A stretch of 64,000 nt of DNA from Caldisphaera sp. (GTDB taxonomy: Archaea > Thermoproteota > Thermoprotei_A > Sulfolobales > Acidilobaceae). The notes beneath the pieces were generated by a model that was given only the letters and a program-made list of their open reading frames with translations, was not told the origin of the DNA and made no database searches. The number at the start of each line of letters is the position of its first letter. The first letter of the stretch is position 1. The DNA lies in the NCBI GenBank assembly GCA_049971805.1, contig JBMFKU010000004.1, positions 18,462 to 82,461 of the forward strand, written 5' to 3'. The translations under genes and the position numbers were made by a program. Below are positions 20,368 through 30,462 of this stretch, one piece after another.

Positions 20368-21426
20368 TTAAAAATTGCTTAACGCTTTCTTTGGCAATAA
20401 AATTCTGAGATCTTTGCCATTACTAACAAACTCTTTGGTATCGATTCTGTACAAAGTGTAAGGCCTTCTCAAGTAGTTAACTTTAATAAAGGCCTTTATA
20501 GCATTTTGAACAGCTAATTCTTTTGGCTTTACCCTTATTGCTGATAATATATTAATACCAGGTAGTTTCCAGTTAATGCAAGGAATTAATGTTCCATCTG
20601 CTAATAATCTAACCCTCATGCACCCAGCACAAAAAATAGGATTATCATATGATTTTACTATTTCTACTCTAACATTATTGGGTAATATATAAATAGGTCT
20701 ATTATGTAATTCCCTTCTTTCAACTTTTGCACCCTTTTTAATCAGCATATTTTCTATTAAATAAAGAGGATAATGTAGATCACTAAAATTATTAGCACCA
20801 GAATTTATTGGTTGCAGTTCTATTAATTGTAACATAATATTTTTCTTTGAAGCAAAATCTATAAGGTCATAAATTTCATTATCATTTAATCCTTTTATAA
20901 CTGAGACATTAATTTTTATCTTAAAATTATATTGTAAAGCCTCATCCAAGCCTTGCAAGGCTTTTTCTAAACCATCTACTCCGGTTATCTTTTTATAGAT
21001 CTCTTTTTTCAATGAATGTATAGAAATATTTATCCTTTGAAGTCCTGCTTCGCTAAGCTCTTTAGCATATTTGCTTAATAGATATCCATTAGTAGTCATA
21101 GATATATCAGAATTACTTGCTGCCATATATATTGATTTAATTATTTCAACAATATCATTTCTTACTAAAGGTTCTCCTCCAGTGATTTTAAATCCGTTTA
21201 TACCAATTTTATCAGCAGCCTCTGCTATTATTTCATAGTCACTTGGATAGAGTAAAGGAGGAAAGGATCCTACCTTCTGTGGCTTTCCTATAGGATCTCC
21301 TTCTAAATGGCAAAATATACAGTTATAGTTGCACTCTCTGGTTACAGCCATTCTGAGATTTTGGAGTGGTCTTCCATATGAATCTATTAACTTATTTTCC
21401 TTTCTTCCTTTCTTAGTTTCTGACAT
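20368..21426 (-). CDS. moaA: GTP 3',8-cyclase (radical SAM)
   Basis: DSYGR..LR, CNYNCIFCH, TGGEP and C-terminal FCAGC.RVRL.ADG.L.PC. Confidence 0.93.
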   Translation of the reverse strand: MSETKKGRKENKLIDSYGRPLQNLRMAVTRECNYNCIFCHLEGDPIGKPQKVGSFPPLLYPSDYEIIAEAADKIGINGFKITGGEPLVRNDIVEIIKSIYMAASNSDISMTTNGYLLSKYAKELSEAGLQRINISIHSLKKEIYKKITGVDGLEKALQGLDEALQYNFKIKINVSVIKGLNDNEIYDLIDFASKKNIMLQLIELQPINSGANNFSDLHYPLYLIENMLIKKGAKVERRELHNRPIYILPNNVRVEIVKSYDNPIFCAGCMRVRLLADGTLIPCINWKLPGINILSAIRVKPKELAVQNAIKAFIKVNYLRRPYTLYRIDTKEFVSNGKDLRILLPKKALSNF

Positions 21427-21667
21427 TATTTATTCCTCTTTCTAATCTAATAAATATGCTTAAAACCCTTTAAATTCAAGTATTATTACCCGATTTAACC
21501 CTTATTCTAAAGGGATAGGTTAGGCTTGGAAATATTTATTATCATTTTTATGAATTAAAAAATTATAAGTCTTTTCAAAAAAATTTAACCAAATTTAATA
21601 TCTATTTATTGCTAAAAATAAACAACTTAATAAACTCTTTTTAAATATAAGATTACGAGGATCTAAA

Positions 21668-22588
21668 ATGAAAGGAGGAATAATAACAATACTATCACCT
21701 GATGAAAATAAAAGCAAAGAAATAGCATTAAAATTTGGAAAATTACAGGATAGCGGAGATATATTAATGTATTATAGAAAGCAAGGTGATTATATATTAT
21801 CTACATTAGTTCCTAAAGAATACCCCAGTTCTATTATAAACTCTATAAAGGCTTCATCATTATCAAATAAAATAATAATAGTTCATAATGAATATTTAGA
21901 TTGGAGGGATGGAGAACTACTTCTATTAGCAAATTCAACAGGAACTAAATCATTAGCAACACATAGCGATACAGATAAATTAAAAAAACTTATTGAATCA
22001 TCAAACTTAAGTAACATAGAAATAAATAGATTCTTAGATGAAAAATCAAATATAGAAGCTGTTGAACCAAGATATGAAAAATTCGTTTATATTGATAGAT
22101 CTTTTACGGTAAAAGGAGTAGGTGCAGTTATGCTTGGATTTAGCTTTATGGATATAAAAGTGCATGACACATTGATAGCATTGCCATCAATGCAAAGAGT
22201 TGAGATCAAAAATATTCAAGTTTTAGATGAAGATCAGGTCTCTGTTAATCCAGGAGTAAGAATAGGGATAGCGTTGAGAAATGTAAAGGCAGAAGACGTT
22301 AAAGATACATATGCGTTAGTTCCAGATGAAAACAATATAAAAAACAATATAAAGGATGAATTAATCAAATATCCATGGAGTGAAATTAAATTAGGTTCTA
22401 CTTATCATTTTATAGCTGGTGGGATTTCTGTAACAGGCATCATTAAAGCATATGAAAATAGGGAGATAGACGTAGAGCTTAGTAAACCTATTCCAAATAT
22501 TAAGAGAATAATAATAGCTGATGTTAATGCTAAGAATAGAAAGCCTCGAATAATAGGTTATTTGAATACAAATTTTAATAAAGTATAA
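21668..22588 (+). CDS. SelB-like translation factor (archaeal SelBL) with degenerate G-domain
   Basis: EF-Tu domain II motifs IDRSFTVKGVG, EIKNIQ and GVRIGIAL; no P-loop. Confidence 0.8.
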   Translation: MKGGIITILSPDENKSKEIALKFGKLQDSGDILMYYRKQGDYILSTLVPKEYPSSIINSIKASSLSNKIIIVHNEYLDWRDGELLLLANSTGTKSLATHSDTDKLKKLIESSNLSNIEINRFLDEKSNIEAVEPRYEKFVYIDRSFTVKGVGAVMLGFSFMDIKVHDTLIALPSMQRVEIKNIQVLDEDQVSVNPGVRIGIALRNVKAEDVKDTYALVPDENNIKNNIKDELIKYPWSEIKLGSTYHFIAGGISVTGIIKAYENREIDVELSKPIPNIKRIIIADVNAKNRKPRIIGYLNTNFNKV

Positions 22589-22760
22589 TTCTTATATATA
22601 CTTATATAATGAGATACTAAAAACTGTCTCTACTTTTTCTTTTGCCCTTGAATGTTAAATTTGCTTTTACTTTTATTATCATTTAATAGTTTTAATTAGA
22701 AAAGGAAACCTTTTAACTACTGCTTTCCAAAAAATTAATTGCCCGTAAATGGGTTAGTAA

Positions 22761-23303
22761 ATGTGCGTGAGGAATGTAATCTTGAGTGAGGATAATAGTC
22801 GTAAGGTATCGGACCTCCGTGAGGGGGAAGATAATGTTTCTGTTAAAGTCAGGGTTTTAAGTATTAATGAACCAAAAGTAATTCATACGAAAAGAGGAGA
22901 TAGAACAATAAGCGAAGCTATAGTCGGCGACGATAGCGGAAGAGTAAAACTTACAATGTGGGGAAATCAAGCTGGAAAAATTAGTGAGGGAGATGCAGTT
23001 GAATTAAAAGGGGCTTGGACTACTAGCTTTAAAGGAGAGGTTCAATTAAATATTGGATCACGTGGTGAAATTAACAAAATTGAGGACAAAAGCTTACCAA
23101 AATCAGAAGAAATTCCAGAGAACACACCTAAGGCTTCTGAATCTAGTTCAAGGAGTTATGGAAGATCAAGGGGAGGATATAGAAGAGGAGGAAGGAGCAA
23201 CTACAGGGGAGGAACAAGGAGAGGAGGATTTTCTTCTTCATCCTCGTTTGGAGGATCCGATGAAGAAGGTGGCAATGAAGGAAGCGAAGGAGAAGACGAG
23301 TAA
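22761..23303 (+). CDS. ssb: Crenarchaeal single-stranded DNA-binding protein
   Basis: Single OB fold (VGDDSGRVKLTMWG, AWTTSFKGEVQLN) plus RG-rich and acidic tail; start probably TTG near 22782. Confidence 0.93.
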   Translation: MCVRNVILSEDNSRKVSDLREGEDNVSVKVRVLSINEPKVIHTKRGDRTISEAIVGDDSGRVKLTMWGNQAGKISEGDAVELKGAWTTSFKGEVQLNIGSRGEINKIEDKSLPKSEEIPENTPKASESSSRSYGRSRGGYRRGGRSNYRGGTRRGGFSSSSSFGGSDEEGGNEGSEGEDE

Positions 23304-23617
23304 GCTTACCTTCTACCTTTATTATAAAAAATTTTTATGTTTATTAATCTATAATCTTAGTTGTTATGCTATTAATTAAGATTTATTGATAAAAATAATA
23401 AGTGAACCTTGAATTTATGATAGAATAAAAGATTTAAGAGCTATTAATGTTTAAAATAAGAAGACGAGCACATTATTAATATATGTATGAACAACATATC
23501 TTTTTTCATATATTATTTAAAATGATTCTAAAATAATAATTAAAATTAAATTAATAACAAAGTTTTTAATCTTTTCTAACATTTTTATGTTTGAGCTGCG
23601 ATTGGTGATGCACATTT

Positions 23618-24265
23618 GTGGAGCTTAAAGAAACACACAATTTATGGATTGGCCTAGTCAAAATATCAGAATTAAAACAGCACGAATATGCTATAGAAGA
23701 TCATGTCTATAATATAAGAAAATCATTAGAAAAGACAAAAATTTTAAGAAAACCAATAATAGCCGATATAAATACAGGATTAGTAATAGATGGAGCGCAT
23801 AGGACTAGAGCATTAAGCTCTCTTGACGCCAAATATATTCCAGCAATATTAGTTAATTATCTTGATAATAAAGAAATAACTTTGAATAAATGGATTAGAA
23901 TCTATTTAATGAACATTTCTTCAAGGGATCTTTCCTATATAAAATCTATATTCACTTTTAATGAAATAACAATAACTAACAGCACAATAAAAGTAAAATT
24001 ATATAATAATGGATTAGATAGTTATATGCAAATAAACAAATTTGAAAATGATTATAAAAATCAGATTAACAAAATAAAATTTTCTAAAAGCATTGATAAG
24101 AAAATTAGAATAAAAAATGCACTAATTTTAGAGCCTCCTTTATTGACTAAAGAAGAGGTTGTAAGAGCGGCAGAAAATCAAATTCTTTTACCACCAAGAT
24201 CAACAAGACATATAACAGATCTTAAGAAAGTTTATATCAGCTATCCTCTTAAATATCTTTTTTAG
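23618..24265 (+). CDS. ParB/Srx-domain protein, SerK (free serine kinase)-like
   Basis: LKQHE, IDGAHR, P..LVNY, TKEEV and PPRSTRH match the SerK-like architecture. Confidence 0.65.
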   Translation: MELKETHNLWIGLVKISELKQHEYAIEDHVYNIRKSLEKTKILRKPIIADINTGLVIDGAHRTRALSSLDAKYIPAILVNYLDNKEITLNKWIRIYLMNISSRDLSYIKSIFTFNEITITNSTIKVKLYNNGLDSYMQINKFENDYKNQINKIKFSKSIDKKIRIKNALILEPPLLTKEEVVRAAENQILLPPRSTRHITDLKKVYISYPLKYLF

Positions 24266-24433
24266 TTTTTTTACTGTTGCTATGCTATATCCTGGTTATT
24301 CCTTTTCTAGCATAAAATGCAATTATTTATTAACTATGTTAATAATTACTTTATTGACAACAAATAAAGATTTTTTAAGATAAAGATGAATAAAATTTAT
24401 AAAGATTAAAAGACTTATAAAATTAGGAGAAAG

Positions 24434-24535
24434 ATGGGTTAATTAGAGGTACTGATCTAAGTTACCCATATGAAGTACTTAATTTCGAGGTAGGAATCCG
24501 CTTTGAAGAAAGCCTTTAGAGCGGAGAGAAGTTAA
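24434..24535 (+). mobile_element. Structured intergenic element ending in an IS200/IS605-like terminal palindrome
   Basis: Hairpin 24434-24469, plus 11-bp hairpin CCGCTTTGAAG/CTTTAGAGCGG followed by AGAGAAGTTA. Confidence 0.45.
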
Positions 24536-24545
24536 TAAATTTGGT

Positions 24546-24869
24546 TTGGTGATTATTATGGCTTCAGATAAGGAAAGTAAAAATTTAGATGAAAGCAAAT
24601 TAAAACTAAATAAAACATCAAAAAACATTGGGATATCTCTTATAGCAATAGGGGTGGCTTTGTTAATCTTCGTATTTTATGAGGCCTATGCGTCTTTTTT
24701 AAATCCAGGATTTATTGCAACGATAAATAATGCAACATCAAGTAATTCCATTCCCATAGCATTTACAGCAGAGGCTTTAGTAATTTTATTAATAAAGGTT
24801 GCATTCCTTGGTATCGCGCTAGCTGCAGGCTCTACAATATTATCGAAAGGGGTTGAACTAATAAAATAA
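24546..24869 (+). CDS. Hypothetical 2-TM membrane protein
   Basis: Two hydrophobic helices; GGTG SD suggests ATG at 24558. Confidence 0.7.
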   Translation: MVIIMASDKESKNLDESKLKLNKTSKNIGISLIAIGVALLIFVFYEAYASFLNPGFIATINNATSSNSIPIAFTAEALVILLIKVAFLGIALAAGSTILSKGVELIK

Positions 24870-24878
24870 TGGGGATTT

Positions 24879-25277
24879 ATGTTGAAATTAGGTCTTTTAG
24901 CAGTTATAGCAGGTTTGATTTTAATTGGATTAGCTACGTATCCATTATATGTCTTTGTTTCAGGGTTTTTTTCTCATCCATTATATATAAATGAGACTGA
25001 AACGAATTGCAATACAAGCATAGGATTGCTCTTTAATATCAAATATAACAATGATGTAGAAATAAGCAATTCTAACATATCCTTAACGTTAACTTATAAT
25101 AATAATAGTGAAAGAAATTTATTAATATATTCAGGAAATTTGTTGCCTAATGAAACAATTTCAAAATGCTTTCCTGTAAATTATTTTGAAAATGCAACTA
25201 AATATGAATTCTTCTTTAGTGGTAAGATAGCAGGCCTTTATTATTTTAATTTTACAGAGGTGAACAGTATTGGATAG
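24879..25277 (+). CDS. Hypothetical membrane-anchored extracellular beta-rich protein
   Basis: N-terminal TM, many N-x-S/T sequons, two Cys. Confidence 0.7.
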   Translation: MLKLGLLAVIAGLILIGLATYPLYVFVSGFFSHPLYINETETNCNTSIGLLFNIKYNNDVEISNSNISLTLTYNNNSERNLLIYSGNLLPNETISKCFPVNYFENATKYEFFFSGKIAGLYYFNFTEVNSIG

Positions 25278-25734
25278 AAACAAAATAAAATGGATAATAA
25301 AGCAAATAATATTGGGTTTAATAGAGGGGATATTTTATTCTATTGTTTACATTTATATATTACCTTATTTATATAGTTATGTTTTATCTTCAGTTTCCTA
25401 TGGATTTTCGATTTCTAGTTTATTGCCTTCTTATCTAACATCAGAAATACTAATTTTTATTGGTTTATTCATGGGTTTAGAAGTTGTTGCTAGGATTATG
25501 AAAGGAACAATATATAATCCATTATTAAGAGCTTCATCTTCTTTATTAGGATTGCTAATTGTACTAAGTTATTTTAATGATGGAATACTGAGAGTCGGAC
25601 CAATACCAGTTCAAAGCGGAGGAGATGTATTTATTACTTTAGATTTGTCATTAATTCTTTTAATATATGTTGCATTTATAGCAGCACCTGGTATAATAAT
25701 TCCTTTCGTTGAGTATTATGTTGAAAATAAATAG
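25270..25734 (+). CDS. Hypothetical 4-TM membrane protein
   Basis: Hydrophobic ORF overlapping the previous gene; GAGGTGA SD. Confidence 0.7.
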   Translation: MDRNKIKWIIKQIILGLIEGIFYSIVYIYILPYLYSYVLSSVSYGFSISSLLPSYLTSEILIFIGLFMGLEVVARIMKGTIYNPLLRASSSLLGLLIVLSYFNDGILRVGPIPVQSGGDVFITLDLSLILLIYVAFIAAPGIIIPFVEYYVENK

Positions 25735-25779
25735 AATATTGATTGAGTTTATTATCTTATTTTAATTAATTTTTTATGA

Positions 25780-25851
25780 GGGCCGGTAGTTCAGCGGAAG
25801 AATGCCGCCCTCGCACGGCGGAGATCCCGGGTTCAAATCCCGGCCGGTCCA
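25780..25851 (+). tRNA. tRNA-Ala (CGC)
   Basis: GGGCCGG..., anticodon arm CCGCC-CT-CGC-AC-GGCGG, G3.U70 pair, TTCAAAT T-loop. Confidence 0.96.
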
Positions 25852-26309
25852 TTTTAATTGTTATTTAATTTTGTTTATTACCTTAATTTTATCTTGTGCT
25901 CTCATTTAGTTAACTCTATTAACTTTGAATAGGCTTCAATATATAGCCAGATGCTGTGGGGGAAAACCCATAGGTTTTATGATAACTCTGCAAATTCGAG
26001 TTTTATATAGGTATATTGGCCAATAATGAACAACAATTTTAAAGCATATTAACAACAGTTTATACCAGTATAAACTCATGAACTTTTTATTAAGCTGTTC
26101 TTGCAAACTTAGAATAAGAAGTTTATGATATTAAAAAGTTGTAAATTTTACTTAATTATACCAAAAGTATATAGAATTTTGCTATGCTGAAATATTAGTA
26201 GGATTAGTTTCTGATTAATATCGATATAGCTGCATTGGCTTTTATTTTTTATTATTCTCTCTATTAAGCATTAAAAAATTAGTAAATAAATATAAAAATA
26301 ATTATTCAT

Positions 26310-27227
26310 TTAAATACCCTTAGCTCCTCCACCTAATGCTGCGAGCCCTTTGATAAAGTATCTGCCTAATACTACGAATACAGCTAAAGGAACTATAGAT
26401 TCTATCACACCTGCAGCAAATGATCTATTATAAATAATAGCATATCCTCCAGCATATTGCCTTACAGCTACTGGTAGAAGCATAAGGTGCGGATTACTTA
26501 TTAACAACTGTGGAATAAAGAAATTGTTCCAGATTTGTAGGAATGTAAATATTAAGGTGGAAAGAAAACCAGGAATCATTAATGGCATTAGTATTTTCCA
26601 AAATATATTCCAATCTCCAGTTCCATCTACTTTAGCGGCTTCAATTAAGTATTTTGGAACTGATGGCATAAATATTGACATTAATAATGCTGCCATTGGA
26701 ATATAAAACATTAAATAAGCAAAAATGACTCCATAGTACGTATTAAATATTTTAAAGAATGCTGATATTTCTATTAATGGTACTGTGGCGGTTTCAACAG
26801 GTAGATATGTTGCTAAAGATATTATAGCAAAACCTATTGTGCTGGCAATATAGTTTCTATCCATCAGTGTGTAAAAGAAATAAGCTCCCATAGCTCCAAG
26901 TAATGTTGCTAAAAATGCTATAGGTAACCCTATTATAATTTCTCTGATCAATGGCCATTCAAGTCCTATCATACCATAAATTCCCCCAAAACCATGCCAA
27001 TCAAAATAATATGCTTCACCACTTGGTTTGCTTGGAGGAATCAATGCTGGTGATGCTGCAGCTTGTATATTTGATTTAAGCCCACCAACTATTAAAGAGT
27101 AGAGTGGGATAAGCCATAATATAATCAAGATTAATGCAACCAATTGTAAAATTACATATTTTGCTACTCTTTTAGCATATTCGTTATTTTTAGGTAAGCC
27201 TTTTTCATTTGACTTCACATATATCAC
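26310..27227 (-). CDS. Carbohydrate ABC transporter permease (MalG/GlcU-like)
   Basis: EAAKVDG motif, WNNF and TM pattern. Confidence 0.92.
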   Translation of the reverse strand: MIYVKSNEKGLPKNNEYAKRVAKYVILQLVALILIILWLIPLYSLIVGGLKSNIQAAASPALIPPSKPSGEAYYFDWHGFGGIYGMIGLEWPLIREIIIGLPIAFLATLLGAMGAYFFYTLMDRNYIASTIGFAIISLATYLPVETATVPLIEISAFFKIFNTYYGVIFAYLMFYIPMAALLMSIFMPSVPKYLIEAAKVDGTGDWNIFWKILMPLMIPGFLSTLIFTFLQIWNNFFIPQLLISNPHLMLLPVAVRQYAGGYAIIYNRSFAAGVIESIVPLAVFVVLGRYFIKGLAALGGGAKGI

Positions 27228-28084
27228 CTCCTAAATACCCACTTCATTAACCCTAATATAGCAAATGGTAGAATTACAGCAGCGGCTATTAAAGTAACAA
27301 TAACTGACATAGCGGCTGATGCAGAGAAATATTCTGATATAAATAAGTTATATACATACATAACAAATGTCATCATAGTCGGGCTTGTTGCTGCCCCTCC
27401 TAATACGAACGGTATTGTAAATATTCTGAAGGAAAATAAAAATAAAAGAGCTGTTGCTACTATGAAGCCATTCATAGAGTTTGGTATTAATATTCTAAAT
27501 AATATTTTTGTTCCACTGGCGCGATCTAGCTTTGCTGCTTCTATTACTGATTTATCAACATTCATGAAGGAAGCTAAATAAAATAAAATTGCTAATCCAG
27601 TGTATGCCCACGTTTCAATAATAACCATAGAAACTAGTGCCATGGACGAACTTCCCAACCAATATGGAGCTGGTAAATGCATTAATTTTAATACATAATC
27701 GACTCCTCTTATTGGGTCAAGAAGCCATTCCCAAATTAATGCACTGGTTGAGGAAGCTATTGCTAATGGATATATAAATACGGAAAGATAAACCGATCTT
27801 TGAACATTGCTTGGTATAAAATATAATATTCCAGCAGCTAATAATCCTAAAATATTTCCAATAGCAACTAATCCTAGAGTAAAAATAATTGTGTGAATTG
27901 CTGAAATTTTAAAGAAGTATTGTGAAAATAAATAAGAATATGTAGCTAAACCAACAAACTTAGGTTTTCTAACTAAAATTGAATAATTTTGCAAGGAAAG
28001 CCAAACATTATAGATGACAGTAAACATTAGAAGTCCTGCAAAGAATAGTGTTGGTAATGCCATTATATAAACTGATTTTTTCAT
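27224..28084 (-). CDS. Carbohydrate ABC transporter permease (MalF/GlcT-like)
   Basis: EAAKLDRAS, FVGLATY and TM pattern. Confidence 0.92.
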   Translation of the reverse strand: MKKSVYIMALPTLFFAGLLMFTVIYNVWLSLQNYSILVRKPKFVGLATYSYLFSQYFFKISAIHTIIFTLGLVAIGNILGLLAAGILYFIPSNVQRSVYLSVFIYPLAIASSTSALIWEWLLDPIRGVDYVLKLMHLPAPYWLGSSSMALVSMVIIETWAYTGLAILFYLASFMNVDKSVIEAAKLDRASGTKILFRILIPNSMNGFIVATALLFLFSFRIFTIPFVLGGAATSPTMMTFVMYVYNLFISEYFSASAAMSVIVTLIAAAVILPFAILGLMKWVFRR

Positions 28085-28179
28085 ACTTAAGCACCCTCTT
28101 CATGTGTTTATATATAAAAAAAGATTAAAAACATTTGCGATATTACTTACAAAGATATAAAAAATAAAAAATTAAATTT

Positions 28180-29871
28180 TTACCACGTATATGTGGGGCA
28201 TGTATAATTAGACATATATGCGTATGTATTTGGATTAACCCATGGAGGCAAATAGTTTGCAAAAGGCTCTCCTTTCATTCCTAGGAATCCAAATCCACTT
28301 TTTGCTGCTGTTTGCCATTCTGTGCATTGTTGATGCATTATTGATGCAAATTGTGAATTAAAGGTATTTATATAACCAACACCACTTGTTTGCAAAGTTT
28401 CTGTTTGTGATATCATAGCTGAGAATGTATCTGTAAACAATGATTCGTCACTTGGATCAATTGTATATGCTGCAGGATCTGTAGCTGAGATGTTTTTGAG
28501 TGTTTCGTAATCATACCATTGTGCAGTTGTAGGATAGAAGTCTGTACCGTTGCTCCAAACCTCTACACCTTTACCACTGGATGTCCAAACTTCCATACCT
28601 TGGTATGAGTCCCAATATTCAGCAAATGTTACTGCAGCCTGTTCTACTGGATTTGCGTAAGATGGTACTGCAACAGAGTCTTCATTAACTGCGTAGTTAC
28701 CCCACGTACCTGGGAATGGTTGTTCCATTAAGGTTATATTGGTCCAATTTGTATATGGTGGAACAGGTGCATATGCATTAACATGATACCATATATGAGC
28801 ATATTCTGTTACCCAGTTTCCATTTGCTTGGAACACACTAGTTCCTTGTATTATATCAGCTAAACCTGAAGACCATGTTAGAGTTTGCCATCCTGGATAA
28901 TCGTAGCCTGTGAAATATATGAAGTCGTAATCTGTTTGATTTATCAATGATTGTACAGCTGGATCACTAAAATTCAGTACTCCATAGAGAATTTCATTAT
29001 ATAGTTTGGCACCTCCTGCAGGTCCATATTTTTCAGATGCTAATCCTAGGAATATGTCTTCCCATAAGTTTAGTTGATCCCAGCCACCATCTGCTCCTGG
29101 TACCATCCAAATGCCTGTAACTCCTTTGGATGCAAGTATTTTTGTATCGTTTATTAATTGTTGAACAGTCATAATTGGATATGAAATATTGTATTTTCTA
29201 AGTGTTTGTGGATTATAATACAATAATACTCCTCTATGTGCTTCTACTGGTAGTGAAAACATAGTTCCATTAAACATACCTGCTAATAGAGCTTCTTTAA
29301 CTGCCATTGTATATAATCCAGTTTTTTGTGCTATTGGCGTGAAGTTTACAAAGTCTGCTGCAAGTTGAGGCATAACCTCTACGTAAGACCACATAACGGG
29401 TGAGTAATGTGCCTGGAATGAGTTGGGTGGTTTTCCAGCTTCTATCATACCTAATATTACGAATTGCGCTACTGTACCTCCCGCGCCAGATACTGATGTA
29501 TAACTAACTTTATATTGAGGATATTTGGCAGAAAAGTTACCTGCTACCCATTCTAATCCTGGCGGATCTTCGGGACCCCACCAGTTTAGGAATGTAAATG
29601 TTGTTACTGAAGGCGTTGTTGTAGTTGTTGTAACTGGTACAGTTAAAGTTGATGTTGTAGTTACAGTTGTAGGTACTACAGATGTAGTTGTAACTGGTAC
29701 AGCCGATGTAGTTGTAACTGGTACAGCCGATGTAGTTGTAACAGTAGTGGTTGTGGTAACTTTTCTTGTTGCATAATACCCAGCAACCGCTCCTAGTACG
29801 ACAACTACAATAACAATACCAATGATGCCATACAATGCCCCTTTACTTATACCTCTCTCCTTTTCTTTCAT
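28180..29871 (-). CDS. Sugar ABC transporter substrate-binding protein (GlcS-like)
   Basis: RG|IS class III-like signal, TM helix, Thr-rich linker, then NWW, GAGG, PNSFQAH, GWDQLNLWE and NGNW. Confidence 0.88.
   Translation of the reverse strand: MKEKERGISKGALYGIIGIVIVVVVLGAVAGYYATRKVTTTTTVTTTSAVPVTTTSAVPVTTTSVVPTTVTTTSTLTVPVTTTTTTPSVTTFTFLNWWGPEDPPGLEWVAGNFSAKYPQYKVSYTSVSGAGGTVAQFVILGMIEAGKPPNSFQAHYSPVMWSYVEVMPQLAADFVNFTPIAQKTGLYTMAVKEALLAGMFNGTMFSLPVEAHRGVLLYYNPQTLRKYNISYPIMTVQQLINDTKILASKGVTGIWMVPGADGGWDQLNLWEDIFLGLASEKYGPAGGAKLYNEILYGVLNFSDPAVQSLINQTDYDFIYFTGYDYPGWQTLTWSSGLADIIQGTSVFQANGNWVTEYAHIWYHVNAYAPVPPYTNWTNITLMEQPFPGTWGNYAVNEDSVAVPSYANPVEQAAVTFAEYWDSYQGMEVWTSSGKGVEVWSNGTDFYPTTAQWYDYETLKNISATDPAAYTIDPSDESLFTDTFSAMISQTETLQTSGVGYINTFNSQFASIMHQQCTEWQTAAKSGFGFLGMKGEPFANYLPPWVNPNTYAYMSNYTCPTYTW
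29595..29760. repeat. In-frame 24-bp tandem repeats encoding the Thr/Val-rich linker (AVPVTTTS)n
   Basis: GATGTAGTTGTAACTGGTACAGCC repeated at 29681 and 29705, with degenerate copies around them. Confidence 0.85.
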
Positions 29872-30087
29872 ATTCTAACACACCTTCTGCAAAAAATCTG
29901 ATTTATTATATAATAATAGGAGGTATTAAAGTATTCTCTTCTTAAAAATTGTTTAATATTAATTAAAATAGTAATTAATTTCATTAAAAAAGATAAAATT
30001 TATAAAAAATATATTAAAAAATTGAAATATTATTTTTAGATTTGAGTTAATCCTAACAATAAAAATAATAGTAAGTATTTATGGTAT

Positions 30088-30462
30088 TTAAAAAACAAGA
30101 GGTATATACCCTTGAGAAAGCAGAAATGCAACTTTATTTCCTGCGTATATTACATCTATTCCCATTTGTGATGAAATTAAATTAAGATTATTTAAAAAAT
30201 TATTTTGCTCTGCAATAAATTTGCATGCTACTGTTTTTTGATTGCTTACTATATTATAGTTTTTCAAAGCATCTAATAGCCTTTTATTACCAAGACTAAG
30301 TTCCTTTTCTATGGGTCCAAAGAATATAACTTTGACATCACTGGCCCATTTATATTTTAATGCGTTTGTTGCCCATAGAAGACCTGTTAATGCTTTATCT
30401 ATATCGCTGCTTGAAATTATAACTAATGCCTTAATATTAGATATGTCCTTAGAGCTCAACAA
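30088..30462 (-). CDS. DsrE/DsrF-like protein
   Basis: A.NALKYKW..DVKVIFFGP.E, ACK.IAE and C-terminal GY.PLVF. Confidence 0.8.
   Translation of the reverse strand: MLSSKDISNIKALVIISSSDIDKALTGLLWATNALKYKWASDVKVIFFGPIEKELSLGNKRLLDALKNYNIVSNQKTVACKFIAEQNNFLNNLNLISSQMGIDVIYAGNKVAFLLSQGYIPLVF

Noticed and set aside
23053-23379. Alternative-frame acidic ORF inside ssb
   Set aside because: A by-product of the purine-rich RG/acidic tail; no start signal or frameshift site seen.
29595-29760. Short direct repeats as a possible CRISPR array
   Set aside because: Repeats are contiguous, in frame and lack spacers; no cas genes in the window.
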